64,000 nucleotides of DNA from positions 24,626,954 to 24,690,953 of the forward strand of contig CP154954.1 in the NCBI GenBank assembly GCA_039621445.1. The letters run 5' to 3'. Both the position numbers and the translations under genes were made by a program. The notes under the pieces are model-generated. The model saw only the letters and a program-made list of their open reading frames with translations. It was not told the origin of the DNA and did no database searches. Every line of letters starts with the position of its first letter. The stretch's first letter is position 1. The stretch is from Euglena gracilis. Its lineage: Eukaryota. Positions 47,048 through 61,265 of this stretch are shown one piece after another.

Positions 47048-50000
47048 GGGGGGGGGGCTGCTTGGGCAGGTACTCCAAGGCACAAAAATCTGACCTACTT
47101 GGAGGGGGGGGGTAGGGCACATGGCCACAAGTGCCCTAGCACAACCCTGGCGCCGGGAAGTCCAAAATGGCCTATTTTCAAAGGAATGTGCCTGGGCACA
47201 GGCCGAAATCCAACCCCCGGGGGGGGGGGGGTAGTGCCTGCCTGGGCAGGCACTCCGGACCCCCCGGGGTTGGTAAAAAAAACGGCCTGTTCGGAGGTTT
47301 GGCCATATTTTTGCCTTTCAAAGGGCTGAAAATTTTTGCTCCCCAAAATCAGCTCAAAAATGCCATTTTGAACATTTTCGGAGCAAAAATTTGTCAAAAA
47401 TGCCAACAATTTCTGGCACAAAGTGCCGAAAGAACCCCCCCAAGTTTGATTTTTTAGACCCCTAATGACCGACCCCGCAGTCGGAGGACACCTTTTTGGT
47501 CAGAGCCCTGTGTCCAACGACCCCCCCAGGTCAGGCAGAGATAACCGGTCGTTGGAAGGGGTACCGTGCCTTGGACAATGGGGGGGAGCAGTTGGCAGGC
47601 AGAAAGGCAGGCGCGAGTCAGCAGAGTTTATGGAGCACATTGTTTTTAGAATGGCCGCAATAAAGGGGGTTCTTCATTCACTGGACGGAGAAGGTGGTCG
47701 CCGTGAGGACGCAGGTGTTCGGCGGCGGGAAGCGGACCGGGCGACACCCCTCCCCATGTCTCCCAGTGCTCTCACCTGTCTGGGTTTCCCTGCCGGACGA
47801 AGCCATCCCGTCTCCGTCCGTTCCTGCCGTGTCGGCCCAGGGGGTCGGGACCCCCGAACGGCCGACCCCGTCCACCACTGTTCGGCAAACCTCGGCCCGG
47901 GTCCCCCCCCCCCCGAACCCCCGTCCCCGTCGCGCACTGCGCCTCCCCCCCTCCTTGCAAGTCAAGGCTGGCCCCGTCGCGGGTCCCGATCGTCCCAGAG
48001 CCGGGCGCGGCCGCCTGCGGAACCCCGGGGGCTGGCCGTCCCCTCCCCTGGCCGGGGTGGGCTGGCCAGGGGAGGCATTGGCACCAGCCAGCCCAGCCCC
48101 CTCCTGGCCCACGGGACCCGCCAGCCCGGAGAGCGGAGCCAACTCAACCCCGCCCAACTGTCGGCGGACCTCAAACCGACGCTGCTGCGGGGAACCCACG
48201 CCCAAGGGGCTACTGAACGTCAAGGAAGGACGCAAGGAAAGGAAGCAACCAAATGAAAGACTGTCAGCGCAGTGCCATTCTTTTCCAGTTGAGATGTGTT
48301 TGCTCTTCGATCATTGCTTCAAGGGACATGCATCTTTCCTTCAGGGTGTGCCTGCCCCTCCTTTTGGAACCAGGCAATCAATCCCTCAGTCATTGGCCGA
48401 CCCCACCTCACCACCCAACCCAAGTGGTGATTGGTTTCTTCAGGATGACTGACTGTTTTTTGTTCTAAACCCCCCTCCCTCCCTGCCCGAATGCACCGGG
48501 ATTTTGAGGAGGGGGTATTTTCTTCATATTTTGCAGTCAGATTTCCGTGTATCGCAGAGTTTCCGACCCCAGGGACTTCAGACTGATTGGGTTTTCAGAA
48601 AGGGTGACTTGCTGCTTTTTGGAAGCGTGTAAGTACCACTGGAACAAAAACGTTTTTTGTTGGCCACTCAGTCTAACTTTAAGCAGCCACTCAGTAATTG
48701 CAATGAAATCCGAATGTAAGCAACCCGCATTTGATTTGGTTTTTTTTTGTGGATTGTGGTGGGCAAATCAGGTCCCATCTGCCGGGTCGGACAAAACCCT
48801 GTCCGATACCCCTTCCCAGGAGTCCAGTGTCTCAGACAGCTTTATCCCCCAAAAAAGCGAGCTTTGCTTATTCCCGGAAGGGTCACCTGTCACCTGTTTT
48901 ATCAAACCGGTGGAGAAGGAATGGAAGGGTTTCGCACATTTTGTAGGAGCTCCAAAGGAACCGAACATTTTCAATTTTCGAGCGCGATGGTCGGAAGTCA
49001 CACCAAACACCAAGCGGCAAGCGGTGGGTGGGCCCCATCGCCACTCCGGAAAAACGTTGGACACCCTTTGAAAGTGGCCCGCCATCATTTAGCCGCCCCA
49101 ATCCGACTGAACCTCGCAAACTCCGGGGTGTCCTTCTTTGAGCAAGACTTGGGCTGGGCCAGCTCCATCGGCCAACTGCCGACGATGGCAACTTGTTGTG
49201 CCTGCTGTGGAAAGGGGTGGCTGAAATGGGTTCTAGCACGAATGGGTCTAACACCCACGAAATGGGTCTAACACAAAGCGAGGGGTTGCAGGTTTCTCAT
49301 GCTCAGGGACAACAAGGCGGCTCGGCTGCCAGAACCCTCACTTATCCTTGGCAATGCACAGGCACCAATGGCTCCCCCGTTCGAGTTCCGCCGGTTCTCC
49401 GGTGCTCTACCCCCGTTCGCTCTTCTCATCCTCCCAGCGCCACGCCATCCCATCCCCCCCCACGACTGATCCCTACCGTCCAGCTGCCAAGCTCCGTGAG
49501 TACAATGGATGGCCCAAGGGAGGTGGGTCGGCGGTAGCCTCATGAATTGGATGGGGTAGGGGACACGGGTTTTCTGAAGCTTGAGGAGACCATGCCACAG
49601 GGGGCCGGGGGGGGGGGGGCAGCCAGCACCTGCTTTCCAGCCAGCACCTTCCAGCTGGCCCATGGGACCTCTTTGACCCATTTAAGAAAACCCCTGGCGG
49701 CGCAGGGCGAGAATGTAGTATGGTTCAGTTTTCTCATGGACTGGTCATTCTTTTTTTTTGGTACACCTGGAGATGTGACGCAGGTTTGCCCCCCCACACA
49801 AAACATGCAAAATGTGCCCCCCAAGGTGGGCCCTTCAGGCCTGTACCTTTGTGGTCGACCTCAGCTGGCAGAGGCCATTTGGCTCCCCCCAAGGGCGCTC
49901 ACACCTGAGGGGGGCTTTCTTCCCGGTTTACTTTCTAGTTTACGAGCTTCTTTCATCAGCCTTGGTTCCTCAAAAGTCAGGTATTGTCTTTAACTGGCGA

Positions 50001-51640
50001 TCTCGGCCCCATCCGGGAGCAGGGTGTGTGGGTCAGCCAGCCCCCTCCTCTCCCCCCCAGTGTGTTTGTCCCCCCAGAGGCAGGGCCTTGGCCATTTTTT
50101 GGCCTTTTTTCTTCGTGAAACGACAAAAAAAAATCTGGTCCTAAAATTCACCTGGGACCCCGGTCCCCCCAGGAGGATAGGGTTCATATATCAAGGCTGA
50201 CTGGTTTTTGGCTCCAGACCCCTATGGGTGGTGGGTGGGGGGGGGGGGGGTCGACCACCCCCCCCCCATCCTGGTGGTGGGGGGGGGGGTGACCGACCCG
50301 TTCCGTATTTTCAGAGGTGCCGATTTTTTTGGTCAAAATTTTCTTTGATGACAAAGGATTTGTCTTTGAGCGGGTGCCATGGTGGGTAGGGGGGTTCGAC
50401 CCACCCCTCTGCCCCCCCCCCACGAGGCCTTTCTGTCAAGCCCTGGGAATGACTGAAAGTGGCCAACTGGCTCCAAAGGCACCGGAATTTTTTTGTGGTT
50501 TTTTCCCAAAATCTGTTGATTTTAGGCCATTTTTGGGCGAGTGGCCAGAGTGACCAACTCCTCCCCCGGGTGCGAGGGAGGAGGTGGGTGACTGGTTTCC
50601 AAAAAGTGACAGACTTGTTTTTTGAAAGTGGAAAGTGACCCCTCCCCAGCAGAGGCTCGGTTAGCAATGGCATGGTAGGGTCCCCCCCTTGGCAGGTGGG
50701 GACCCCCCTTCCCGGGTCCGAAAAAATTCCCTGCCCCCATGCTTTTTTCCCCCATGCTTTTTTGTGCTTATCCCACCGAAACCTTTGCTTATGTTAATTT
50801 GGGTCACCCCAATATGGTTGCCCCCTCCCCAACTTTACATTTCATTGTGGCCCCGGCCAAGCACCCCGAGAGAGGTGGCTCGACAACACAGGGTCCCGGA
50901 CGTGGCAATCGCAGGATGGCAGGGGTCGGGGGAACTGGGTGGCTAAGGCAGCAACCCTTCTCATTGTGTTCCCCAACGCCTCCGATGGACCGCCAACCAA
51001 GTCGCCCAGAATTTGCACCGGTCCCTTCCTTGCACAACTTTTCACCTGCACCGCACTCGCTCGGCCGATTCACAGCCCACGCTGAGTTTTACGGTGTGGC
51101 CTTAAGAATTAAACCCTCCGGGGGGGGGGGTGCCTGACAGAACAGAAGACCCCCCAGGGTGGTGGTTTCGGGCACCTGGCCAAGTGAGTGCCTGTGGGCA
51201 CTCTTGGTAAGCCGAAGGCACCTGAAGGCCTGAAATGGTCCATTTTTGGGGTAAATTTCTGCCCACCATCAGACAGGCATTTCAGGGCACTCCGAGACCT
51301 TTGTCCCTTCAGAGCTGGTAAAGTTCAGCCTGGCACGGACATCCCACGCACACGCTACGCAACCGCACACTCGCATTCGCAAGAACACACCCCGCGCATA
51401 TCGGTACTTTGCTGCCCGCCTTCCTTTTGTGATGCGGCTCACCAACAGAGCACCACCAGCATCAGGACGAGGGGGCAATGGCCTTGTTGTTCGTAAATGG
51501 CAGGGCGGAAGTCTCCCCTTTTTGGGTGCATTTCTGTGTGTACTTTTTTTTCCGTCAACTAGAGCCAGCGGCACGCAATGCCCCTCCTTTTTTGTTGAAA
51601 GTCATATGCCGGCCCTTCCTGCTAAATTGTGTTCGAGGTA

Positions 51641-51823
51641 CCTCCCCCCCCCCCCTTGTCGTTGACACGGCGTGTCGTTGACACACCCCCTGTGTCAACG
51701 ACATTTTTCTGGAACACTACCTATTGAATCACAGTGACATTGGCATGGCGTGTCGTTGACACCCCCCCCCGTGTCAACGGCACTCTCCTGGAACATTGGC
51801 GTGTCAACGACAAGGGGTGGGGG
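51641..51823. mobile_element. TA-flanked MITE with reiterated GTCGTTGACAC motif
   Basis: TA|C-run+TTGTCGTTGACACG ... CGTGTCAACGACAA+G-run|TA. Confidence 0.85.
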
Positions 51824-51970
51824 TATATACCCCCCCAGACGCTTGCCCCCCCCCCTCAAGATGGCCTTCGGCCTTAATTTGTGATAGTGTGTGTGCCCCC
51901 TCAGCAAACCCGTTTCCAGAGCCACCCACCTTCTGCTTAACCCCCCAAATATAACCCCGGGGGGTCCGAC

Positions 51971-52376
51971 CAGGGTTCGATATAAGGAGGGCGTACATGG
52001 TTTAGGTGGGGGGTGTCCCCCCCCCACCCCCCCCCCCGCCTGGCCCGCAGGGGGGGTCCCGCCGCCCCCCCCCCCCCCTGTCAGGGGTAGTCCGGACCGA
52101 CCCTCGGGGGGTCCCCGGGACCCCCCCCCAAAAAGGGTCAATTTTTTCCTCCGGCGCTTCGCGCCGAAATTTTTTTGCATTTTTGGCCAATTTTTGCCCA
52201 AAAAGTGCCCAAAATGGCACTTTTGGTCGTTTTGGGGGGGTCAAAATTTTTCGGCCCCCCTGACCGCGCCCCTGTTGAGGGGGGGGGGGGGTGTCCCCCC
52301 CCCGCCCCCCCCTCCGGGCCCGCAGGGGGGGGGGGTCCAGACCGCCCCCCCCCTCCTCTCCTTATATCGAACCCTG
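51971..52376 (+). mobile_element. hAT-type MITE family A, copy 3 (TSD GGTCCGAC)
   Basis: Same TIRs and body; 8-bp TSD at 51963-51970 and 52377-52384. Confidence 0.95.
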
Positions 52377-52758
52377 GGTCCGACTTTGGGTTCCGACCTA
52401 TAGCCCCCCCACAGACAACACCATGTGCAAGCCTTTTCTTAAGCATTCGCAGTACCGCCTGGGGGGGTGGACTGCAGCTAGCCCAGTAGTGGACCCTCCC
52501 CCCCGGGGGGGGGGGTTCGCTAGCAGGGCTAGCTAGTGGAAAATTCTTTTGCAATGGCCAGCGGAAAAGACAAAAAAATTGGGACCCCATAAATGGCTTT
52601 AAAAAAAAAGCCCATTTTTGGGCATTTTGGGGTCTTTTGAAGAAGATCAGCCAAAAAACCACATTAAAGACCTCATTTCCACTTCAGCGCACAGCACCAG
52701 GAATTTTTTCCCAGTCAGGGCGACCCCAGAACCCCATCCCCGGGGGGAGGTCTAGCTA

Positions 52759-53249
52759 CCCGCGCCCCCCCGGGCAATTGACGCCCCCGGGCAATTGACG
52801 CCCCCGGGCAATTGTCGCCCCCGGGCAATTGTCACCCCTGGCTGTGCCGGCCAATTTGTCACCCCGGGAAATTGTCACCCCCTTCCGTGCTGCCCAATTT
52901 GTCACCCCCATTTGCAGTATTTCATTGTGAACTTTCTTTTCACCGACAACTCGATTGATCTTCTATTTCGATACAACGTGCTGAGAATTTTTGCATACCA
53001 TACACTCTGTACAATATCACGACCATAGCTGCAGTTTTCCTGTGTTCATTTGTGTTTCGATGGTGTTCTTGGTCATTTGGATTAAATGTGACTTACATGG
53101 GTGGGCAATTGACGCCCCCGGGCAATTGACGCCCCCGGGCAATTGTCACCCCCCTATGTGCTGGCCAAATTGTCACCCCGGGAAATTGTCACCCCCCTCT
53201 GTGCTGCCCAATTTGTCACGCGACAATTGCCCAGGGGGGGGGGGGCGGG
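52759..53249. mobile_element. TA-flanked MITE with reiterated GGGCAATTG(AC/TC)…CCCC motif
   Basis: TA|CCCGC…CCCCGGGCAATTG ... CAATTGCCCAGGG…GCGGG|TA; internal direct duplication 52772-52905 / 53103-53219. Confidence 0.85.
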
Positions 53250-54335
53250 TAGTCCATTTTTCCAGTATCCAGCAAGATGGCCAGATAGCCAGTGGTCCCC
53301 CCTCGGGGGATTTTTTGGATTTGGTGCGACCTTCATGGACGGTTTTTGTATTTGAAGAGATGGGCAATGAAACGTTTTTCAGCTGGAAAACAACCAAGCA
53401 TCATAAAATCTGAAATATTCTTAAGGCGAGAGGAAACAGCATTTTTTATGCATTTCCCGGCGCGCAGTACCAAAAGAAATTTTCGCTGTTTTTTTTCATC
53501 CCAAAATCCCAAAAATATTTCCGACCTACAACCCCCCCCCCAAAAAAAATATAATAATATAATAAAAATATGATCCCCCCCCCCTTGTAATTGGGGAGGG
53601 GGCTTACTTCCACCTTTTTTTTTTTACCGAAAATTTAAAAGATTTTTTGGAGCTTTTTGAAAGAAAAAAATATAAATAAATATATGTTATTATTATTATT
53701 ATTTATAATATATTGAGAGAGTTTTTTTTGGAAAAAAATTCCAGCCAGCCAGCATCAGCCAGCCAGCCGTCCATCCCTGACCTTCCCCCCTTGCCCAAGA
53801 GATGGAAATGTTCTAATCTCTCTATCTAGTAATGTCCTAATGTGCCATTGGCACAGCGGCTGTGCCGCGTGCAGGCTGGCCAACGTCGCCGTATTTCAGT
53901 GCAAAAAAACAACATCGGGTGCGCCCTGGAAATGTTCCGTTGACATGGGGTGTGCTGTGGGCCAAGTGGATGCAGCCCCCCCCCCTTGGGGTCAAAAATG
54001 GGTGACTGGTTCTCAAGAGTGATTGGTTTTGATATTCAAAATTGACCCCCCGAGGTAAGAGGTTCTGGGGACATTGAAAGCCTCCCCCCTAGCTCAGGCA
54101 AAATGGCTCAAAATGAACGAATTTTGTAGATTTTCAAAAAATCGGCCTTTTTGGAACAGATGGGCCATTTTTACTGACTCCTGGACGACCCCCCCCCCAG
54201 GGGGTTGGGGCCAGAAGCCAGTCAACGACACCCCCCCCAAAAATCCAGTCAACGACCCCCCCAAAAAAAATCCAAAAGGCGAGCCACCATTAAACGATAT
54301 GGTATGACCCAGAAACACCTGCAATAGCTCACATG

Positions 54336-54378
54336 TTATTATTATTATTATTATTATAATATTTATTTATTTATTTTT

Positions 54379-54453
<75 letters not shown>

Positions 54454-54454
54454 T
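54336..54454 (+). repeat. (TAT)n/(ATTT)n microsatellite
   Basis: Directly visible. Confidence 0.95.
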
Positions 54455-57042
54455 TGTGTTATTTTGAAGAACGGTTTCGGTCCAGCATGAGCTTAGCCCC
54501 ACTTGCTCCACCGCCATCCCCCCCAGCCTGCCACTGCTGACATTCTTTTCACCTTTACGCTCCCTGTGGCCCGTCACTACCCCAGGGTTCAACATTAATA
54601 GGGTGTCGAGAGCTTGGATGGGTGGGGGTGTCCAGCACAATGCCCGACAACACCCTCCCATTTCCTGGACCACTGGATATTTTTTTACGTCTTCTGAATG
54701 TGGGGTTCCGACAATCTCGGACAACTTCCAACAGTTTCTGAAAGGATCAGCGAGGAAATAGAGAAAGACATTGTAACGACAAGCAAAACAATCCCACTGA
54801 GGTAACTTTGCTCGAAAATGGGAATTATCTGCGTAGCAGGCTGCGGTGTTGGAGCAGAAAGAAGTTGGCCGGGGCTATCATTTTGGTGGGTAGCCACCGA
54901 GCAGCCTTGCTCGGTTGCATTCTGCACCACGCTTTGTTCGCCTCGGAGCAAACCCCTCGGATAATGTTTCCAGAATCCACCCCCTTTGTTCGAGCCCACC
55001 CCCTCCTTTACCGGGAGGAGGTTCCACACTAAAAACCCTGGGTGAACCCCCAAGTTCATTCGCATTCAGGAGGGCGGTGCCCAGAATTTGCCCGGCCAAC
55101 CATCCCACCCCATCCTTGGCCCATCCTCCCACCCCAATGTGGCCAATGTCAGGCCCTGACTGTGTCCCATCGCCCGGCCCAGGCCCCCCGCGCCTCGCTT
55201 TGCCTGCGCTGCGGTGGGGCACCCGGGGGGAGGGGGGGGACTGAGGTGGCTGATCTCCCACGTGATAAGAGGTGCGCTGATCTGCGTACGCGTGTGTGCA
55301 AATTGCCCACGTTTCCCGGGTTTCTTTGGTTCCGGGTCCAAGTTTCTATATTGCTGAACACCACCTTCTGTGATGACCAAGAAATGGTCGAAAATGGCCG
55401 AAAATGGGCCAAAAGCAACAAAAGCGACCAAAAGCAGCCAACGTAGCCAAAAAGGGCCAAGGGTGGCCAAAATGGCAGAAAACATCCAATAGTGGCCAAA
55501 GAATACCCACGTCGCCCTGCATCGCCCTGAATCGGCAGACATCGAAACCTGCCTTTGACCAGCAAAAACACTGCACCCCTGGCCATTTTTGGCCATTTTG
55601 GTCACATTTTTCATTTTGTTTATTTTTGCACTGTTCGAAACAGGGCGGGAGAAAAAAAAGTGGTCAAAAGCAGAATTTGACCTTTTTTGGTTGCGTATGG
55701 CCAGTTTCGGGCTGCTTTGGTGACTGTCGAAACAATGGCTGTGCAGAGTGCAAATGCCCCACGCCAATTGCTTGTTAACTTTGTGAGATCGGCCACCTGA
55801 GTGGGACGTATGTGTGGCTCGGCCGTGTTCCACAGCCCCCGAATCTCCGCTGTCGGGCCTCCCCGTCCCCAGGGATTTCTTCCCAAAGGTGGACCATTCA
55901 AAATCCAGGGCTACACCTCAGGCAATGACTTGGGGGGACGCAAAAATCATCAGGTAAAGATTCAGTTCCCACCGCCACCAACTCCAACTGAAATCTCCAC
56001 TTGCAAAGCTGGAACCCACCCCAGCCAGCTGGGGATTCTCATAATTCCTTTTTTGTTTCAAATTGGGGCCGACCATCCTTTTAATGACATTGTTGGATGA
56101 GTTTACGTTCAATGATCTACATTCATAAGAGTAACATTTTGCAGCAAATTTGACATGGCTTGGAAAGGTGGGACATGTGGACCTACAAAGAAATAATGCT
56201 CGGACCCTTGGTTGAAAACTGAGGGGGGGGGGGCTCACTATTCGGAAAAGTGGTCGAAAACCAGATAGTAGCCTCCGGGGCTATTATTCAGGGGGGGGGG
56301 CTTATTCGTGTTGTTGTTTTTTTGGGGCATTTTAATCCATTAAAAATTTGGGGAGGGTTCATAAGTGGGGGGGTTTACTCCCCAACCAAAATTGCTCCAT
56401 CTCCAGCCTGTGGTGACGGATGCCACGATGCTTATTTTGCCAAGCGTCGTTTGCACACTCCTGAGCAGATTCAACTATTTATGTTGGGATTCCTGGGGAC
56501 CAAGTAAAAAACTATTTTTTGTGCATTATTGGGTTGAAGTTGGAGTTGAGGATTTCGAAATTCGTGGTGCCGCAAAGGAGCACAAGCTCTTGAAGAAGAT
56601 TGGGTCTTGCCCCAAGCATTGTGGCCAAATGTCACACACGCCAAATGCTTCAAAGAGCAAGAATTTCTTTCTTATTTGCAAGAACTTCCCAGGTTGTAGA
56701 CCTTTTGGCAATCCCCTAAGGACAGTGTTCAAAGTTTGCGGTGGTTGTTGTATATTTTTTTTCATCGTGACATGAAGAAACTTCACCAGGTGATGGATCG
56801 AAAGTTCCACATCCCCTGCAAGAAATGAAAGCATTGAAAATTTCTGTGTATTTCTGTGTATGCATTTTCCCCATATTTAGAAAGGAAACCGTTTGGCATC
56901 TTTGTGGGCATGGTCGGTACAAGTTTTGGTGCACGAAAACCAGTGTCCCGGCATCGAAACACATGATTTGCATTTCACTGCATGAAGAACCATGCAGAGT
57001 GCACCTTGATTGGTTGCTTCCATTTTTGTCGTCATCAGTTCC

Positions 57043-57245
57043 AAAGCTGCGCAAAGAAAAGTTAGGTGAAGTGGGGTGTTCTTATGTGGTCGCAATTTAC
57101 GTTGTTTTGCATATGCAGACCATTTCAGCTTGTTTATTGTTATTTTTTGTTGAAGTGCAGTTTTTTTGCAGTTTTTTGCAGTTTTTTTTGCAGTTTTTTG
57201 CGATGCAGTTTTTGACCGGCCCGTGTGCAGTGTCTCCCCCCCCTG
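57043..57245 (+). repeat. Right-end fragment of the same hAT family as 61764-63537
   Basis: Colinear similarity with 63332-63537, including GCAGTTTTTT repeats and a terminal CCCCCTG. Confidence 0.8.
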
Positions 57246-57659
57246 CCATCATTCTGGAAAAGAAAGAGCACCAGCGCTGACCCCTGCCCAAGGTCGTCAA
57301 ACAGCTGGTTTGTAGCAGGGTGGTCCCCAGCCTCCAGCCACCACCGGGACCTCAGAATCTCCCACCCCACACACTCTCTCTCCACTCTCGACGTGCCTGG
57401 TGCCAGTTCAATGGATCAGAGACCTCCTTCCCCGCCCTGGAGGGTCGAGTGGCGCGGCACACTCGTTGACCCCCCCCTCAGCAGTGCCTCTGCCTGTGTC
57501 CCTGTCAGATGGGCGATTGCTGTACCGCCGGTGGTGGGTTTCCTTCCCCGTGCCACCCGGCAACGCCACTGACAACAAGTGTCTTGCACCCGCATTGCGT
57601 ACGCCACTGATCAGGAAAGAGGTCGGAGAACACAGTCCCGGTGCAAAACGGGACAGGGG

Positions 57660-57954
57660 CAGGGGTTTTTTTCAGTCTTGGACCCCCTCCCCGGGGGGGG
57701 GGGGGGGGGTGGGGGGGGTGGGTCCCTTGGCCCCCCTCCCCCGGGGGGGGGGGGGGGGCTGGTGGGTATATCTTTTTCGGCGCCAAAGGCGCCGAAAATT
57801 TTGAAAAGGTGCTTTTTTTAGAATTTTCGGGCAAAAGTGGTGGGTCCCCCGGGACCCCCCCCCTCCCCCGGGGGGGGCCCCCCCCCCGGGGGGGGGGGGG
57901 GGGGTGCCGACCCCCTCCCCCCCTCCCCCCCCCCCAGTTTTAAAAAAGCCCCTG
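57660..57954. mobile_element. hAT-type MITE with 8-bp TSD GACAGGGG
   Basis: CAGGGGTTTTTT ... AAAAAAGCCCCTG; TSD at 57652-57659 and 57955-57962. Confidence 0.85.
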
Positions 57955-59610
57955 GACAGGGGTTCGATGGAAGGAGGGTGTCACAGATTTAGGTGGGAGA
58001 TTCTTGGTGTCGACCGCTGGGAAGCGCCGGCCGAAAATCGGCCATTTTGGCCACGCCAATGTGTAGGTGGCTGGGGGGTGGGTGGGTGGGGGGGTGGTTC
58101 CTCGCCCCCCCTTGACTGAAGGAGGGGTCTGCCCCCCACCTGCCTTTAAATTGAACCGTGGGATGGGACCATCCCACGCTGGGACCATACCATATTGTTT
58201 GGTGGTAGTGTGCCACACCGCTGGGAGACTGCCCTGTTTTTCAAGAAAGTTATTGGGTTTTGGACCTCATTGGGGCCAATGACCAAGCGTGGCCAACCGG
58301 GCACTGAAGGCGTCAAATTTTTTGAAGAAATGGTGAACTGGTGAAAGCCGGTGCATTTTGACCCATTTTGGGCGAACCGATTGCACAAGTTCCCAAAAAA
58401 AAGAAACTGGCCTTGGCTTAGGGTTCAAGACATCAATTTTTCCAAAATACCTCGAAACCTATTGGTTTGGTTTGGTTTATTCACTCTTGGAAGGCACACG
58501 TCTTCTTGCTCTGGTGTGCAGCAATGTTTGTGGCACAAATAATGAAACATTGGAGATTTGGAAGCATGGGGGAAAAGTGACTGGAGTGGCAAGGGTTGCG
58601 GACCCCGTTTGGGGGGGGGGGGATCGGAAGTGGGTCACCGGTTTGATGACTCGATGTTTTTTGAAACAGAAACTGGGCCTCGGTAAGCAGTCATGTACAC
58701 TCGCTGGATTTTTTCAAAAAGTTTTGGGTTTGCATATTTTTCCCCCACTCAATCACGCAGAGCATGCAGTGCTGCACACGGTACAACACAGTGTTGAAGC
58801 ATTTCCTACGTAGGATGTTGGTTGGTTGGTAAGTCTCATTCCAGCAAACCATTGCGGGGGCTCCACTGCTGCAGACGCCGTTGCAGCCATGCCAGGGAAG
58901 CCCTCAGACCAAGCGGTATATAAAAGGGATGGGGGTGGCAAGAAATAAAGACAGGGAATTCATGCTTTGTTTTGCTTTCCAAGTCCGATTTTTTTCTCCC
59001 CCCATGAGCCTCTGCCGCTGCAATTTTAGCGACGGCCATGTCCTTGTACAGCCGTCACTCGAAGGGTTTCAAGTCTCAGTTTCAGTCCTGGGGTGCCCCC
59101 TCTTCTTTTTGGGCAGTGGGAAATGCGGTCGCTGATTTATGTGTGAAGCCTGGAGTCACAGCACGGGGAAAACAGTGCCCAAGACATGGATTGCAGGGCG
59201 GTCCATAAGAGTCCATAAGACTTTTTCCCCCTGAAGGACTTGGCAAGCACTTGGTATTTTGGTGGTGTTTCCGCGATGTTGGTGGTATTGTCCGGAATTG
59301 TCACCGGTGGTCATTTGGTTTGGGGGGGGGGTTCTATTCGGGGGGGGGGGGTAAATGCCCAAATAATACACCCCCAGGATATGTTATTTGGGGTCTGACA
59401 GAATCAAACAAAAAATTGTTATTTGATGCTTCTGGGGCGGGAAGTAAGGATAATATAATAATTATGTCGATCAGGGGGGGACCCAGAAGCTACACAAACG
59501 ATGGGACAGGGACAACAATGGGTGGTTTATTTTTTTTATAAGTTAGCGAAAACCCTCTGTATGACAAGGTTGGGTGACTTTTATTTCTGTGTGTGTATTT
59601 GCGTATGAGT

Positions 59611-59820
<210 letters not shown>

Positions 59821-61207
59821 CCTTTGTGTGTGCTTTTTGTGTGTGCTTTTTTGTGGTCATTTGGCGGTATCTCCCCGACCTGCCTGGACCAGAGGGGATG
59901 GGGGAGGGTTAGTGTTTCATTTTTTCTGCTTGGGAGCTGAGTGGGAATCCCAGAAATCCTGCAGGTGGGAGGAACCACCCGTCACGACCCTTTCCCATTT
60001 TTCCAGAGGCATAGGCCCAGCCTTTGAATCTTCCTTCGGCGCCTTGGGTGCCGAAGGCTCAGTGCTGTGGTGCGTGGGGGGGGGGGCATCTGGCACCTGG
60101 CCCTCAGCCAACCACACCCGCATCTTACCACACACCTGTTGCACGTGTGCGCACGCACCTCGGCAGCACCGTGGCCCAACCACTTTCTCTACAGAGACCG
60201 CCAATGGGCTGTTCCAATGAGGGCTTCACTCTGGCTGAAAAGCCCCCCCCCCCAGCACCCCAATGCCAACCCCCCCCCCTAAATGACGCCCCCGTATGCG
60301 GTTACCCCCCTCCCAGATTGTGAATTTTTTTTGGAGCTGGTAACCCAACCGAGGGATTTTGCTTTTCCCCTTCAATGACAATCTTTGGTGGGTTTTGGGG
60401 TGTCGGGGGGATTTGGGGTGCCTTTTAAGGGGGGAGGGCAAGCATCTATGAAATGACTGGGTGACTGGGCGTGACTGGGTCTGGGACTCTGGATGACCAT
60501 TGGCACCTCCCCCCCTCCATGCCCAATGAACGCCCTTGCCCAATGAACAGGGGGTGTTCGGACCGTCAAGATTGTCATCATATACCTTATACCCCCGTTC
60601 AGACCGTGTAGATTGTCACCTTTGAGTTCATTGGGCTTGGGGGGGGGGGCGGTAGTTGGCGGCGGGGGGTACAGGCAGCAGCCCGCTGGCCCAATGGCCC
60701 CCCCACCCACCCCTCTCCCGGAACGAGCGACGCGTCTCCCGCCACCTCCTGCTACGCCGCGGCCCATACCGGGGCCGTCCCGGCCGACGGCGGCATGGAC
60801 GCCCAGGCGGTGTACGGCCGTGGCCCCGCTGACCTCTGGTCTGTGGGGCACGGGGGCTCCATCCCCAGGGCCGGCATTCAAACCATGCGGTGGAGCTCCA
60901 TTCGGGTGGTCTAATCCAGTCTGGATGTAATGCAGGCTTTCTTTCAGGGAAGATCGCACCCCAAAGGGGGGGGGGTGCTGCGGGGGCGGGGGGCGTTATC
61001 GACCCCCCAGGATTGGAAGGCTTGTGTGACAGCATAATCCCCAGCGCCGAGGGTGCTGGCAAAGCTCACCATTCTTAATGGAAAATGGGCTTGGTCGACG
61101 GGCACCGGGACCCAAAACCGACCCTCTGGTGGGGGAGGGGGGTGCCTGTTATGGGCAGCACCCCATTGCACTCCCACCCCCATTTCCTCCCGCCTTTTTT
61201 TCCGCAG

Positions 61208-61265
61208 GTCAAAATTTGCCGTCCGCGCCAAAAGACGTTCCCGGCACAGCTCCATCGTGCGTGAG
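61208..61265 (+). CDS. Candidate short host exon, product unknown
   Basis: Pyrimidine tract plus CCGCAG acceptor, open frame SKFAVRAKRRSRHSSIVRE, then GT donor candidates at 61261 and 61266. GC-rich coding-like sequence continues at ~61360-61520. Confidence 0.3.

Noticed and set aside
48990-49150. Possible hAT dimerisation-domain remnant (HPLKVARHHLAAP)
   Set aside because: The resemblance is too short and degenerate, and no associated TIRs or TSD were identified.
54443-55065. 3' end of a non-LTR retrotransposon ending in a (TAAA)n tail
   Set aside because: No reverse transcriptase or endonuclease motif is recognisable in any frame.
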